Positions 49,758 through 50,028 of a stretch of DNA of 50,028 nt are shown piece by piece. This DNA is from an uncultured Collinsella sp. (GTDB lineage Bacteria; Actinomycetota; Coriobacteriia; Coriobacteriales; Coriobacteriaceae): the NCBI GenBank assembly GCA_958428675.1, contig CAUAGV010000001.1, positions 1-50,028 of the forward strand, in the 5' to 3' direction. The position numbers and the translations under genes are program-made. The notes below the pieces were generated by a model. That model did no database searches. It was not told the DNA's origin and saw nothing but the letters and a program-made list of their open reading frames with translations. Position 1 is the first letter of the stretch; the number at the start of each line of letters is the position of its first letter.

Positions 49758-50027
49758 TTACCCGAGCACGCGTACGGGGCCCAAGAGGCCGCTGGGCTCG
49801 GAGGGCTCGGTCATGCCGAACACGTCGGGGACGGCATGGTCGAGGGTGTTGATGATATCGATCGCAAGCGCGTGCTCACCGGCCAAAAGCGCGCCGGCCT
49901 CAAAGCGGTAAGGCGGACAGATGCGCGTGCCGAGGGATTTGCCGTCGAGGGTGACGGTTGCGGTCTCAAAGACCTCGCCAAGGTCGATGACGGTGTCGTC
50001 GGGGTGGAATTTCCGGTTGGCTTTTTT
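49758..50027 (-). CDS. 3' end (partial) of a glycoside hydrolase, GH106/GH2-type C-terminal beta-sandwich
   Basis: Own translation: ...IDLGEVFETATVTLDGKSLGTRICPPYRF...IINTL...PSGLLGPVRVLG*; continues beyond the window. Confidence 0.65.
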   Translation of the reverse strand, partial: KKANRKFHPDDTVIDLGEVFETATVTLDGKSLGTRICPPYRFEAGALLAGEHALAIDIINTLDHAVPDVFGMTEPSEPSGLLGPVRVLG

Positions 50028-50028
50028 G

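Overview
High-GC anaerobic gut-type actinobacterial DNA, most likely Coriobacteriia/Collinsella-like (inferred from the membrane-bound LuxR, PTS/GH1 content and codon bias). No rRNA, tRNA, CRISPR array or transposase was seen. 0.2-17 kb is housekeeping, envelope and Mg2+ homeostasis: DUF362 Fe-S protein, alpha/beta hydrolase, HlyIII, CNNM/CorC, a stand-alone cyanophycin-synthetase N domain, YtxH, PRC-barrel, a catalytically degenerate CE4 deacetylase, MgtE-like plus NRMT, OatA, ribokinase and nucleoside hydrolase. 17-42.5 kb is a large sugar/glycoside island: LicT with RAT sites, two EIIBC-only beta-glucoside PTS, two GH1 6-phospho-beta-glucosidases, LacI, a fucose/arabinose-isomerase-fold enzyme, split transketolase, FGGY kinase, luxS, DUF4867, DUF1593, an esterase, two DUF4038 (GH140 apiosidase-like) proteins, TetR, MFS and a ROK kinase. 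Together these look like an apiose/apiosyl-glycoside utilisation system (inference). 42.8-50 kb holds a TM-LuxR, mgtA, pyrE, RpiR and the 3' end of a GH106-like glycosidase. Two standout candidates: (1) the putative apioside catabolic system; (2) unannotated leader peptides with mutually exclusive RNA pairings in front of both the mgtE-NRMT operon and mgtA, with no recognisable M-box. Intergenic DNA carries several modular palindromic repeat families. All family calls come from motif recognition by eye; no database searches were run.
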